Positions 8,876 through 18,249 of a DNA stretch of 64,000 nucleotides are shown here, piece by piece. The DNA is from Planctomycetota bacterium (GTDB lineage: Bacteria; Planctomycetota; UBA8742; JACQVU01; JANLHZ01), in NCBI GenBank assembly GCA_024653775.1, contig JANLHZ010000037.1, forward strand, positions 1 to 64,000, written 5' to 3'. A program made the translations under genes and the position numbers. The notes beneath the pieces are model-generated. The model saw nothing but the letters and a program-made list of their open reading frames with translations, was not told the origin of the DNA and ran no database searches. Position 1 is the first letter of the stretch; the number at the start of each line of letters is the position of its first letter.

Positions 8876-9454
8876 TTGAACCCGAAGGACGATCTTCGCA
8901 TAGAGCAGATTCGAATGAAGACTCTCCCTCTCCTCGAAGAGGCGAAGCTGCTTGGAGCGATGATCGCGGAAGGGATGAAGCCCTCGGAACTGTGCCGTCT
9001 GCTTTATCTGAAGCGTAGCGATCTCGAGGAAAAGCTCGCGATAAACGAGTTCCCGAAGAAGACGAAAATGCTCGTCGGAATGGGCGCGCTCGAATCCGAG
9101 CACGTCCACCAACTACTTCGTTTCAACGGCATCTTCTCGCGCCTTCTCGAAAACCGCGACCAGGACGCCGAGCAGGCCGGGGAGTTCTTCAAGTACTGGA
9201 TCGCGTACTATCAGGAGCTTTTTGCCGTCCGATACGCCGGAAAACCCGCCGCGGAGATGAAAAGCGCGGTCGACGTGGTCTACGAGGCGTCCGTCGGCAT
9301 TATGATGCGCAAGTTCGGAAGTATGCAGGAGATGTTCCTCGAGTTCGACACGCTGAAGGAAGGATTCGCGGGATTCGTCGCGAGGCTGAAGAAATTCTGG
9401 TACAGACTCACGAAGTCGTTTCGAAAAAAAGGAAACGAGCAGCCGAAACAGTGA
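8876..9454 (+). CDS. Hypothetical protein with ParB/Spo0J-like HTH region, no ParB N-terminal domain
   Basis: TLPLLEEAKLL..MKPSELCRLLYLKRSDLEEKLAI..FPKKTK..GALESEHVHQLL aligns by eye with the ParB pattern L.PIEEA...T.EELA..LG.SRS.V...L.L..LP.......G.IS.GHA..LL. Confidence 0.55.
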   Translation: MNPKDDLRIEQIRMKTLPLLEEAKLLGAMIAEGMKPSELCRLLYLKRSDLEEKLAINEFPKKTKMLVGMGALESEHVHQLLRFNGIFSRLLENRDQDAEQAGEFFKYWIAYYQELFAVRYAGKPAAEMKSAVDVVYEASVGIMMRKFGSMQEMFLEFDTLKEGFAGFVARLKKFWYRLTKSFRKKGNEQPKQ

Positions 9455-9520
9455 GCAGGCTTGAATTCGAATCCGCCGCGTGGGGCGCAGTTAGAAATTA
9501 TGTGAACATTCGGTGAACCA

Positions 9521-9597
9521 CGTGGCACGGGCATCCTGCCCGTGAGTATTGTTTCCCACGAACTTCATTAAAACACGGACGAGACGTCCGTGCCATG
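9521..9597. repeat. Inverted REP doublet (CGTGGCACGGGCATCCTGCCCGTG ... CACGGACGAGACGTCCGTGCCATG)
   Basis: Two inverted, individually palindromic ~24-mers between convergent genes. Confidence 0.7.
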
Positions 9598-9619
9598 CGC
9601 CAGCACTCCCAGAGACTCC

Positions 9620-11182
9620 TTAGTCGCCGCCGGGGATTTCCGGAGGTCCGCCGGGAAGGCCTGCCGCGCCGCGGTCGCCGCCGTCCTCGATTTCGAACTG
9701 CATCTGCGCCCGGAACCTCGCCTCGTAGGTCCGCCACCACCTGCGCCATTCGTCCGCGGTCTTAGGCCCCCGCTCCGAAGTAATCACCTTCAGCGCTTCG
9801 AGAATGCACTTGTTCTGCGCGAGGGTGGCGCTGTCGAGCGCGTGCAGAAGCTGTTCTACCGCCTCGGGTTTGTCACCAGGATAGAGCAGATGACTCGCCG
9901 CGTAAATCTGGTTGAAGTCGTCTTTCCTGAGTCCGCCCAGCAGCGCTGAAAACGGCGATTTCAGAACGCCTTCATTGTTCGCATCGACGAAGCTCGTCAC
10001 GTAGGGTCCGAAGACGAGGGACTGGAGGGTCTTGCGCTCTTCGCCGGCGGTGAACGCGTGCGGCTTTAACGTCAACGTGAACTCGACTACGATCCACGCG
10101 TTCCCTTCCTCAGGCCATTCGAGCGGCTTCGCGAGGTCGATCGCAAGACGGAGCGCGTTCCCCGGCGCGAGCCTGTATGTTCCCTCGAACTGAAGAATCT
10201 CCCGCGCGGTGAAGCTCTGCGCGCTCCCGAAGGCGTCCTCGATCCGGTATTCGAGATCGATCCAGCCGACGCTGCCAATGTCGGTCAGTCCCTCGAGATT
10301 TGGCGCTTCGGGCTGGTCGAACACGAACTCGGCTGCGGAGTCCGTCCCGTTCGCAATCTCGATGACTATCGGAATGGTGTCCTTCAGTACTCCGGTCGCG
10401 TACTCTCCAGGAACGAAGCTCAGCAGTATCGACTCGGTGAGCACGTTCTGAGCGACGTCCCGCTCGACCCTCCGGAACTCGCTTCCCCGCGAAAACTCCG
10501 GCGCGAGCGTCCGTAGCGCGCGCATCTTCTCCTCCGCCTCTTCGGCGCGTCCTTCGAGCTTCAGAATCTGCGCGTCGAGAAAATGCCATTCGAGGAACGC
10601 GTCTACCGCTTCGTCGTCGAGCTGAATTCCGTCCCTGCGGGTCCGCGCGTCCGCGAGCGCATCCTGTCGCTGAGCCTCGGTCCGCGCGCTTAGAATCCGC
10701 TCTAGCGCCTGCTCCTGCACCTTACGCTTTTCGATCTCCGCCGCGATGATTCCAAGCTCGCTTTCCCGCACCGCGCCGAGGTTCTCATTTTCGATAATCC
10801 GTCCGAGCAGCACCTCTGCGTCGGGACCGATTTCGATCAGCTCGTCGATGAGATTGTTCCGCACTTCGTCCGTTAGCGCTGGAATCGCTCCTGGAAGCGA
10901 CAGCGCCGGCCCGCCTTCCGGAATCACCGGCTGTCCCGCGAGAAACGATACGATCTCGTAAACGCGCTTTTTTTTCGACGCATGGTCCTTTTCGAGCGAC
11001 GAAAGCGCGAGGCTCGTTTCGATAACGCTCATCCGCGGGACGATGCGCTCCGAGGAAACATTCTCCGACGCCACGCATCCGCCGGCGAGAACGGCAAGCG
11101 CCTGGAGCGCCACGAGAAGTTTCAGTTTCCGGAAATCCACAAACCCTCCGGCGTCAGATTCCGCTCGCGGAACTCGTCGCAC
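9620..11182 (-). CDS. Hypothetical lipoprotein (helical N- and C-regions, central beta domain)
   Basis: 520-aa ORF with hydrophobic stretch plus lipobox-like LAGGC. HEAT-like C-terminus ending EWRRWW. Start uncertain. Confidence 0.65.
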   Translation of the reverse strand: MRRVPRAESDAGGFVDFRKLKLLVALQALAVLAGGCVASENVSSERIVPRMSVIETSLALSSLEKDHASKKKRVYEIVSFLAGQPVIPEGGPALSLPGAIPALTDEVRNNLIDELIEIGPDAEVLLGRIIENENLGAVRESELGIIAAEIEKRKVQEQALERILSARTEAQRQDALADARTRRDGIQLDDEAVDAFLEWHFLDAQILKLEGRAEEAEEKMRALRTLAPEFSRGSEFRRVERDVAQNVLTESILLSFVPGEYATGVLKDTIPIVIEIANGTDSAAEFVFDQPEAPNLEGLTDIGSVGWIDLEYRIEDAFGSAQSFTAREILQFEGTYRLAPGNALRLAIDLAKPLEWPEEGNAWIVVEFTLTLKPHAFTAGEERKTLQSLVFGPYVTSFVDANNEGVLKSPFSALLGGLRKDDFNQIYAASHLLYPGDKPEAVEQLLHALDSATLAQNKCILEALKVITSERGPKTADEWRRWWRTYEARFRAQMQFEIEDGGDRGAAGLPGGPPEIPGGD

Positions 11183-11204
11183 TCTCCCGCGAAGCCGAAG
11201 GTTG

Positions 11205-12224
11205 TCAGTACGACGTCATCGCGCGATCGCCGCGCTTGATAGGCGTGAGGACCGTCTCGATCTGGACTTTCGCCGCGCTGGCGCGCTCGAACCTTCTTTC
11301 GACGATTGCGAATGCCTTGAAGGTCTCGCCCTCGTAGATCGCGACCTTCATTCCAACGACCACGCCGTCAAGCTCGCCCTTGTTCAGAAGCACGATTCCG
11401 ATGGTTTCGTCGATGTCGAGCACCTGGAAATCGATCATTGGCCAAGGGTTGTGCGGGTCCACGCCCTCGGGGATCATTTGTTTCATCAGCGTGAGTTCCT
11501 GCCTCAGCGCTTCCGCCTCCCTCCAGAGCACGTAGTAGTTCTCCTGGAGATCGCGGTAGTCATCTTCCGCGATGACCTTGTTCTTCGTAAGCTGGGCGTT
11601 TTCGAGGACGAGCCTGTCCCTCTCTCTTCCGACGTCGAGCATCCATTTACGATAATCTTCGTTCGACGCCTGAACCGTCTGGAGGCTCGTCTTCGCGGTG
11701 CTCAGGCCGGATTCAAGCGACGTCAGCATGGCCTGCGTGCCCTGAATCTCCCTCGGCAGCGGCGAGTACTTAAGTATGGCGACGTCCGCGTTGTGCATCG
11801 CTATTTCTTTCGCTTCGACGTGTCTTGCGATTTCGCTGCGGATGCGGTCCATCTCCCGGACATGGTTTTCGCTAAGCTGGCGGATGTTGATGGTCGATGC
11901 TACCACCTTGTCGATCATCGCGATCTTCATGGAGCTTTCGACCTGCCACCTTGCCTCGTAGTTCGAATCGTCCGCCATCAAAACTGCCGTCACGCCAAGG
12001 AATCCGATACTCAGCACGAAGTTCGTCAGGACGAACAGCTTGCCGAATATGTTGAAGAACTTGGCTTTGCCGTCCATCGGCTTCGTGATTTCGCGGTTCA
12101 GCTTTTCGATACGGGAAAGGATTATCGAAAGCAGGACCAGCACGCCGACCCCGATGATGAGTCCCCAGCCGAGGGGAGTCAGTTGGAACGCTATGAATGG
12201 CATGGTTTGGAGAGAAAAGATCAT
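11205..12224 (-). CDS. Membrane-anchored coiled-coil protein with C-terminal FlgT_C-like beta domain
   Basis: Two TM segments, a long heptad region, then IVLLNKGELDGVVVGMKVAIY...IKRGDRA. Confidence 0.65.
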   Translation of the reverse strand: MIFSLQTMPFIAFQLTPLGWGLIIGVGVLVLLSIILSRIEKLNREITKPMDGKAKFFNIFGKLFVLTNFVLSIGFLGVTAVLMADDSNYEARWQVESSMKIAMIDKVVASTINIRQLSENHVREMDRIRSEIARHVEAKEIAMHNADVAILKYSPLPREIQGTQAMLTSLESGLSTAKTSLQTVQASNEDYRKWMLDVGRERDRLVLENAQLTKNKVIAEDDYRDLQENYYVLWREAEALRQELTLMKQMIPEGVDPHNPWPMIDFQVLDIDETIGIVLLNKGELDGVVVGMKVAIYEGETFKAFAIVERRFERASAAKVQIETVLTPIKRGDRAMTSY

Positions 12225-12367
12225 ATTCCCACTCTGTTAATCGAGAGATCTGCGCGGGGGATGACTCGACGGGATGTGTTGATTCTTCGCTGGGGGAAAT
12301 TTGAACATGGCAATATTAGACCTGGGCCCGGATTTTGTCAAGCGAGAAGGGAAAAGGAATTAGGAAT

Positions 12368-12476
12368 AGTAGTCAGTAGTCGGTAGTCAGTGGTCAGAAA
12401 AATGCAGAATGCGGAAGTCAGAGTGCAGAATTTAGGAATTAACTACCCACTCCCTACTCCCTACTCCCTACTCCTA
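12368..12476. repeat. Cluster of heptamer tandem repeats: (AGTAGTC)x~4 and (CTCCCTA)x3-4
   Basis: Directly readable in the divergent intergenic region upstream of fadD. Confidence 0.8.
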
Positions 12477-12571
12477 AGGTATTCACTTTTATTCTGTCTC
12501 CGAATCTGATAAACAAAATGAAATCAATCTGATGAATCCCGAAACAAGATTTCGAAGGAAAGGACCGTTCC

Positions 12572-14119
12572 ATGGGCATAAACCTCGCTTTCGCTTTGCA
12601 TCACAACGCCGAAGTGCGGCCCCGGAAGACCGCAATAGTTTTCGAGGATACGAATATCAGCTACGCGGAAGCCGGACTGATAGTCCGGAAGTTCGCGAAG
12701 GGACTTCTTGACCTCGGCGTGAAACCGAAGGACAAAGTCGCGCTGCTGTGCCCGAACACGCCGCACTTCCCGCTGGCGTATTACGCGATTCTGTCCATGG
12801 GCGCGACAGTGGTCCCGGTGAACGTCCTTTCGAGCGCCGACGAGATCGCGTACGCCCTCGACGACTCGGACGCCACCGCGCTTATCAGCTTCCAGATGTT
12901 CGCGCAGCAGGCCTCGCAGGGGTTCGCGAAGGTCGACCACACGAAACATCACGTCATTCTGACCAATGCACCCTGGAAGGAAATCCCCGCTGGCGCGATC
13001 GATTCAAGCGTCCTGCTCGCGAAAACCGAAGGCCATCTCGAGTCGATCTACTCCCCGGACTTCGATCAGACCGCGGTGATCCTCTACACCTCCGGAACCA
13101 CCGGAAAGCCGAAGGGCGCGGAACTCACCCACTCGAACCTTTTCGACAACGTCATCGTCTGCACGCACATTCTGCCCATGAACGACTCGTCGAACGTGCT
13201 CGTGGTGCTGCCGCTGTTCCACAGCTTTGGCCAGACCTGCGGTATGAACGCGACCTTCTACCGCGGCGGAACCATCGATCTTATGCCGAGGTTCGACGCG
13301 AAGGCCGTGCTTTCGAGGATCGAGAAGCGCAGGATCAATCTTTTCCACGCGGTGCCCACGATGTACTTCCAGATGATCGAAGCCGCGAAGGAAGGAAACT
13401 ACGACGTCTCTAGCCTCGAATACTGCTGCTCAGGCGGCGCCGCGCTTCCCGAGGCGGTGCTGAAGACCTTCGAGAAGATGTTCGGCGTGACGATGCTCGA
13501 AGGCTACGGACTATCCGAGACCGCGCCGGTCGCGTGTTTCAACCAGCTCCACCGCGAACGAAAGAGCGGAAGCATAGGCGTTCCCGTCTTCGGCGTCGAG
13601 ATGGACATATTCGACGACGAAGGCAACCGCGTCCCCACGGGCGAACGCGGCGAAATCGTAATCAAGGGCCACTGCATAATGAAGGGCTACTATGGCAAGA
13701 TCGAGGAGACGAAAGCCGTGATGACCGAAGACGGCTGGTTCCGCACCGGAGACATCGGAATCCGCGACGCGGAGGGCTACTACTTCATCGTCGATCGCAA
13801 GAAGGAGATGATCATCCGCGGCGGATTCAACGTCTACCCGCGGGAGATCGAGGAATGTCTCTACAAGTATCCGTCCATCGTCGAAGCAGCCTGTATAGGG
13901 CTTCCGGACGAGGAATACGGCGAGGAAGTCCACGCGTACATCGCGTTCGCGCAGGACGCCGGCGCGGAAACCCGCGACATCGCAAACATCGACAAGTACG
14001 CCCGCGAACACCTCGGCAAGCACAAGTATCCGCGGCACTACCACGTTCTTGACGCGCTCCCGAAGGGGCCGACGGGGAAGATTCTCAAGCGGGAACTCAA
14101 GCAGCAGGCGCTGAAGTGA
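12572..14119 (+). CDS. fadD: Long-chain fatty-acid--CoA ligase
   Basis: AMP-binding motifs YTSGTTGKPKG, EGYGLSE, GWFRTGD, DRKKEMIIRGG and LPKGPTGKILK. AAGGA RBS. Confidence 0.93.
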   Translation: MGINLAFALHHNAEVRPRKTAIVFEDTNISYAEAGLIVRKFAKGLLDLGVKPKDKVALLCPNTPHFPLAYYAILSMGATVVPVNVLSSADEIAYALDDSDATALISFQMFAQQASQGFAKVDHTKHHVILTNAPWKEIPAGAIDSSVLLAKTEGHLESIYSPDFDQTAVILYTSGTTGKPKGAELTHSNLFDNVIVCTHILPMNDSSNVLVVLPLFHSFGQTCGMNATFYRGGTIDLMPRFDAKAVLSRIEKRRINLFHAVPTMYFQMIEAAKEGNYDVSSLEYCCSGGAALPEAVLKTFEKMFGVTMLEGYGLSETAPVACFNQLHRERKSGSIGVPVFGVEMDIFDDEGNRVPTGERGEIVIKGHCIMKGYYGKIEETKAVMTEDGWFRTGDIGIRDAEGYYFIVDRKKEMIIRGGFNVYPREIEECLYKYPSIVEAACIGLPDEEYGEEVHAYIAFAQDAGAETRDIANIDKYAREHLGKHKYPRHYHVLDALPKGPTGKILKRELKQQALK

Positions 14120-14982
14120 ATTACGAATTACGAATTACGAATTGCGAATTGAATTTTGGGAGCGTGTCGCGTAAGCCACGCTTTGGAATACATCGCGTAA
14201 GCGATGCTGAAACACTTACGCGTTTCATTCCATGGAAACACTTACGTGTTTCATTCCACGTACTTCTCTGCTCCGTGTTATTGACGTTCGCGGTCGAAAG
14301 CGCTTCCGCCCAGCAGTCCCCGCCGCCGGACGATGACGCTCCCGAACAGGTCGTACACGAGGTCGGCGTTAACCTCCTTTCGAACGGCGATTTCGAATCC
14401 GCGGACGACGAAGACGACGAGCGACCCGCGGGCTGGGTTCCGTTCGACGGAATCACCGCGTTCTGGGACAGGGAGAACGGCGTCGACGACTCCGGCTGCG
14501 TATTGCTCGACAACACTCCCGAGAAGGACCAGGTGTACGAGGTTTGGGAGCGTCTCCGTCTAGACGGAGACCGCGAGCAGGTTACGGACCTCGTTCCACG
14601 CCAGGGGACGTATTCGACAATCGCGTCCACCTACGGCGCGCTCTGCTGGAGCGAATACGTCGGAGTGGAACCCGATGCGACCTACAAACTCAGCGCGGAC
14701 GTGAAAGCCGTCGGGGTCGACGATCCGGAGAAGCAGCCACTCGTGATGCTCTGGCTGAAAGGATACATCCAGCACCGTGGAAGGCTGAGAGTGATCTACA
14801 AGGGACGCAAGGAGTGTCACGATCTCACGGACGAATTCCAGAATTTCTCGCGGATTTATCATCCTACGAAGCAGACGCCCAGGGTTCACACGATGCGGGT
14901 GATGCTCGTAGCGTACTTCCCCGTTGGATACGCGTGGGTCGATAACGTCGTGCTCGAAAAGATTATCGAAGAGGAGGAATAA
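14116..14982 (+). CDS. Exported protein with CBM4/9-like jelly-roll domain
   Basis: Signal peptide ending ASA-QQ. NLLSNGDFE...PAGW...TYKLSADVK...AWVDNVVL is the typical carbohydrate-binding-module pattern. Start ambiguous (see findings). Confidence 0.65.
   Translation: MNYELRITNCELNFGSVSRKPRFGIHRVSDAETLTRFIPWKHLRVSFHVLLCSVLLTFAVESASAQQSPPPDDDAPEQVVHEVGVNLLSNGDFESADDEDDERPAGWVPFDGITAFWDRENGVDDSGCVLLDNTPEKDQVYEVWERLRLDGDREQVTDLVPRQGTYSTIASTYGALCWSEYVGVEPDATYKLSADVKAVGVDDPEKQPLVMLWLKGYIQHRGRLRVIYKGRKECHDLTDEFQNFSRIYHPTKQTPRVHTMRVMLVAYFPVGYAWVDNVVLEKIIEEEE
14209..14260. repeat. 26-bp tandem duplication
   Basis: GAAACACTTACGCGTTTCATTCCATG followed by GAAACACTTACGTGTTTCATTCCACG (24/26 identical). 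Preceded by (GAATTAC)x3-4 at 14118-14145. Confidence 0.85.
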
Positions 14983-14998
14983 CAATTACTAATTGCGC

Positions 14999-15038
14999 AT
15001 TACATTTTATTCGTGCCGTCTACGAATTTTTAGTAATA
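14999..15038. repeat. ~40-bp palindromic element, copy 2
   Basis: ATTACATTTTATTCGTGCCGTCTACGAATTTTTAGTAAT. Confidence 0.8.
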
Positions 15039-15140
15039 TTTTTAGGGACGGCCAAAAGCGATTCCTCTCTCTCCCACCGGGAGAGTGCGCCCGGAGGGCG
15101 GGTAAGGGCCTTTTCAGCGGTCACGCTGTGTCTGCTGATA

Positions 15141-16622
15141 TTGTCCTCCTGCGCACGGGATCCAAACCCCGAGATCGACCGCGGCGAAATCGAACGTCAG
15201 TTCATGTCCGCGAGCACCGATGAAAAGCTGATGGTCCTCGAACAGGCCTCGAAAGCCGCGGAGGGTCAGCAGGGCGCCGCGGTGGACGTGCTCCTACTCG
15301 GACTCAGCGACGACGACCCGAAAGTGCGTATGGCATCACTCCGCGGACTTATGCCAGTGATGGATTCACGCGTCATCGAGCGGGTCAGACTCGCCGCGAA
15401 GAACGATCCGGACAACCTCATCCGCGGCGCAAGCCTCCATTTTCTCGGAATGCGCTCGGACCTCGAAAGCAGGGATATGTTCCTCCGCGCGATCGAATCA
15501 GACAAGGTCGAGATATTCTCCGGCGGAGTCGTGGGCCTTTGCCTCATTCAGGACAGGGACGCGCTCACGAAAGTCGCGCCGCACCTGAAAGGTGACGACA
15601 CGATGCGGACGATGGCCGCGTTCGAGTCGCTGCTGCTCCTTCGGGACGCGCACGTCATCGACGAGTATCTTTCCGCGTTCGAATATCACCTCGAACGTCC
15701 TGGCGATGAGATGGACATGTTCCTCTGCGCAAACGTTCTCCGCTGCGTGATGATCCGCTACGGCTACGGGCAGAGTCCGCCGATGCCGGTGGAAGTTTTC
15801 ACGAACGAGACGCCTTCGAGGGAAACCCGCGCATCGTGGCTCGCGTCTTCCGACCCCGCGAAGAAATGCGTCGCAATGGGAATCGCGGACACGGAGTCGA
15901 ACTATATCGCGCAGCTCGCCGACCTCATTTCCGACGAAAACGACTTCGTCCGGATGCAGGCCTACGGCTTCGCGGCGAAGGAAAACCAGACGAGCCTCGT
16001 CCCCGAAATCGCGCTCGAACTGACGAAATCCACCCCGACTTCGTTCGCGGAAGACGATTCCGGGTACATTCTGTACCGCGCCGCGCTGGAGTCCGTCAGC
16101 AGACTCTCTCCGCCCCAGGGGCAGCTAGAAACCGTCTGCGGCATCCTCGACACCGGCGACGGAATAGAAAGGATCATCGCGTTCGACGCAATCAGGTTTA
16201 CATCGGGAAGCAAATCCCGCGTGATCGACTTCCTTACGACCTGCGACTACAGAAAACCTCACGCGGTCGAAAAGTTCCTCCGGCTGACTCTGAACGCGGA
16301 AAAGTACGAATCGTGGATGAAAACGTTTTACGCTGACTACTCCGCGGAAATCGCCGCGCAGATAGAAAGCCGCGAAGTTTCGGACAAGGGCACGCGCCTG
16401 GAAGCCGCGGGGGAGAAGCTCGCGGCGGACGTCCTCGAAGCGATCTCGGCGGGACTGATCGCGATGCTTTCTCACGATGACCCTTCGTGCAGAGTCACCG
16501 CGGCTGGGATACTCGCAAAAGGTTTCCGGAGCTTCGGCGGCGTGGACGACGCGCTGAGCGACCTTCAGGATAGGGAAACCGACGACGAGGCAAAAAAAGC
16601 GCTCGACGAAATCCTTGGATAG
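15141..16622 (+). CDS. HEAT-repeat protein, probable lipoprotein
   Basis: Repeats such as GLSDDDPKVRMASLRGL, KNDPDNLIRGASL, SDENDFVRMQA and SHDDPSCRVTAA. The in-frame upstream sequence AFSAVTLCLLILSSC is a lipobox, so the true start is probably ~40 nt upstream. Confidence 0.75.
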   Translation: MSSCARDPNPEIDRGEIERQFMSASTDEKLMVLEQASKAAEGQQGAAVDVLLLGLSDDDPKVRMASLRGLMPVMDSRVIERVRLAAKNDPDNLIRGASLHFLGMRSDLESRDMFLRAIESDKVEIFSGGVVGLCLIQDRDALTKVAPHLKGDDTMRTMAAFESLLLLRDAHVIDEYLSAFEYHLERPGDEMDMFLCANVLRCVMIRYGYGQSPPMPVEVFTNETPSRETRASWLASSDPAKKCVAMGIADTESNYIAQLADLISDENDFVRMQAYGFAAKENQTSLVPEIALELTKSTPTSFAEDDSGYILYRAALESVSRLSPPQGQLETVCGILDTGDGIERIIAFDAIRFTSGSKSRVIDFLTTCDYRKPHAVEKFLRLTLNAEKYESWMKTFYADYSAEIAAQIESREVSDKGTRLEAAGEKLAADVLEAISAGLIAMLSHDDPSCRVTAAGILAKGFRSFGGVDDALSDLQDRETDDEAKKALDEILG

Positions 16623-16627
16623 ATTCG

Positions 16628-16746
16628 TACATCATATTCGTGCCGTCTACGAATTTACTGTACTATTTTACTTCGGCGCAGGTGCGGTCGTCGTTGATCG
16701 GCATAATCATACGAAAAATTCGTAGACGGCACGAATAAAGTGTGCT
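16628..16746. repeat. Inverted pair of ~40-bp palindromic elements (copies 3 and 4)
   Basis: Cores at 16636-16654 and 16718-16736 are exact reverse complements and lie between convergent genes. Confidence 0.8.
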
Positions 16747-18148
16747 ATTCGATTTTGAACAGCCACCGTTCAGTCGATCTCGATGTCAAATTGCCTGCTG
16801 CGTCGTAAACCAGCATTTCCCACCAATACCATCCCGCGTCCGGGAACTTCGACTCGACGCTTTCGTCGCCTTCCTCGGTTCGTTCGAAGTGCATCGAAAC
16901 CGAAACGATATTTATAGGCGAAGCCTCCACGAGGCGCGCGTCTTCGTAGACGATTTCGCTCAGGGAGCTTATCGCCCGGCCGATTCGGAGTTTGTAGGTC
17001 TTGCCGCAGGGATGAGCGCTGCCGGCGAAAACCGCCTGCGGAGGAATGCTCAGTCCAGGGTCGTTTTCGTCCTGCGGATTCACGCCGATTCCCTGGATCA
17101 CCGAGCGGGACTTCGGGCTTTGGAGCGTAATCGCATCGTACAGATCGAGCGTAACTTCCCGCGGTTCCCCCGATATCGTCACGGTGATTATTTCCGGCGT
17201 CGGGATGCCGGTAATCCCGGCGGAAAACTCGTTTCGGACTATCTCCCGCGGAAAGTAGCAGCCCGAAAGCGCGGAGATCGACGGGTTGTCGATTTCGTAG
17301 GTCACGAGCACGTATTCGCCGGGAGGGACGCTGACCATGAATTTGCCCTGCTCGTTCGAGCTGAGATAATCTGTGCGGTAGTAGTTTTCGTCCGTTGCGA
17401 CCACGAAACGCATCAGAATGTTTGCCACGGGAGATTCGTTCTTTCGCAGCTTGACGTAGAAGTGCGTCCCGTTCGGATTCGGCGGAATCGGCTTTCCGGA
17501 CGGCTGCTCCGCGGAGAACCGCAGATCGACGAACTCGTAAGGCTCTCTGGTGAAGCTCCCGAACGGCGGCGAGTCCACGGGAAGCGTAGCTATCCTGCCT
17601 TCGTTTTCGAGGTTCAGAATCGCCTCGTCGGGCGAAGGTTCCGAGAAGAACTGGTAGCCGCCTTCGATGGCGTCGATTCCGACGTTCGTATCCTCGCCGG
17701 AGTTTGCGAAGTACATGGGCGGGCCGGGATCGTCTCCCTGAACAAGCTCGAAATTATCCGGCTTGAACGCGATCAGAACCTTGTCGGCGCTGACATCCTT
17801 TATCTGCAGAACGACGTTCCCGAAGATCAGAAGCCCGCGGCTTTCCTTAAGCTCGACGTAGTTTACGCCGGAGAGAACGCCTGGGCCGTACAGAAGTCCT
17901 CCTTCGGACGGACGGTACCACCATTCGAAGTAGATCGAGTCGCCGAAGCGTTCGCGGTCTGTATCGTTTTCGCGGATATAGATACTTCGGATCATCATTC
18001 CGGAGTACCGGTTGTTCCTTTTGATGATGAGCACCTTGTTCTTCTCCAGGAAGAAACCGGGGCTGACTTCGTCCTGCGCGCTCGCTGGCGGCGCGTAAAG
18101 AATCATCGCGAACATGAGAATCGCGGCGAGAAGAACTTTGTTTGTCAT
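16745..18148 (-). CDS. Hypothetical exported beta-rich protein
   Basis: MTNKVLLAAILMFAMILYAPPASA-Q signal peptide at ATG 18148 (ORF track 18205). Carboxypeptidase-regulatory/Ig-like segments (SNEQGKFMVSVPPGEY; GWYWWEMLVYDAAG). Confidence 0.7.
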   Translation of the reverse strand: MTNKVLLAAILMFAMILYAPPASAQDEVSPGFFLEKNKVLIIKRNNRYSGMMIRSIYIRENDTDRERFGDSIYFEWWYRPSEGGLLYGPGVLSGVNYVELKESRGLLIFGNVVLQIKDVSADKVLIAFKPDNFELVQGDDPGPPMYFANSGEDTNVGIDAIEGGYQFFSEPSPDEAILNLENEGRIATLPVDSPPFGSFTREPYEFVDLRFSAEQPSGKPIPPNPNGTHFYVKLRKNESPVANILMRFVVATDENYYRTDYLSSNEQGKFMVSVPPGEYVLVTYEIDNPSISALSGCYFPREIVRNEFSAGITGIPTPEIITVTISGEPREVTLDLYDAITLQSPKSRSVIQGIGVNPQDENDPGLSIPPQAVFAGSAHPCGKTYKLRIGRAISSLSEIVYEDARLVEASPINIVSVSMHFERTEEGDESVESKFPDAGWYWWEMLVYDAAGNLTSRSTERWLFKIE

Positions 18149-18249
18149 TTGTAAATCCAGACGGGGGCTACAGGCATAGTTTATACCGGAATCCGCCAAA
18201 GGCAAGGCATCTGCTTGTATGAGCCCTCGTCGCAGCTATAATCGATCTG

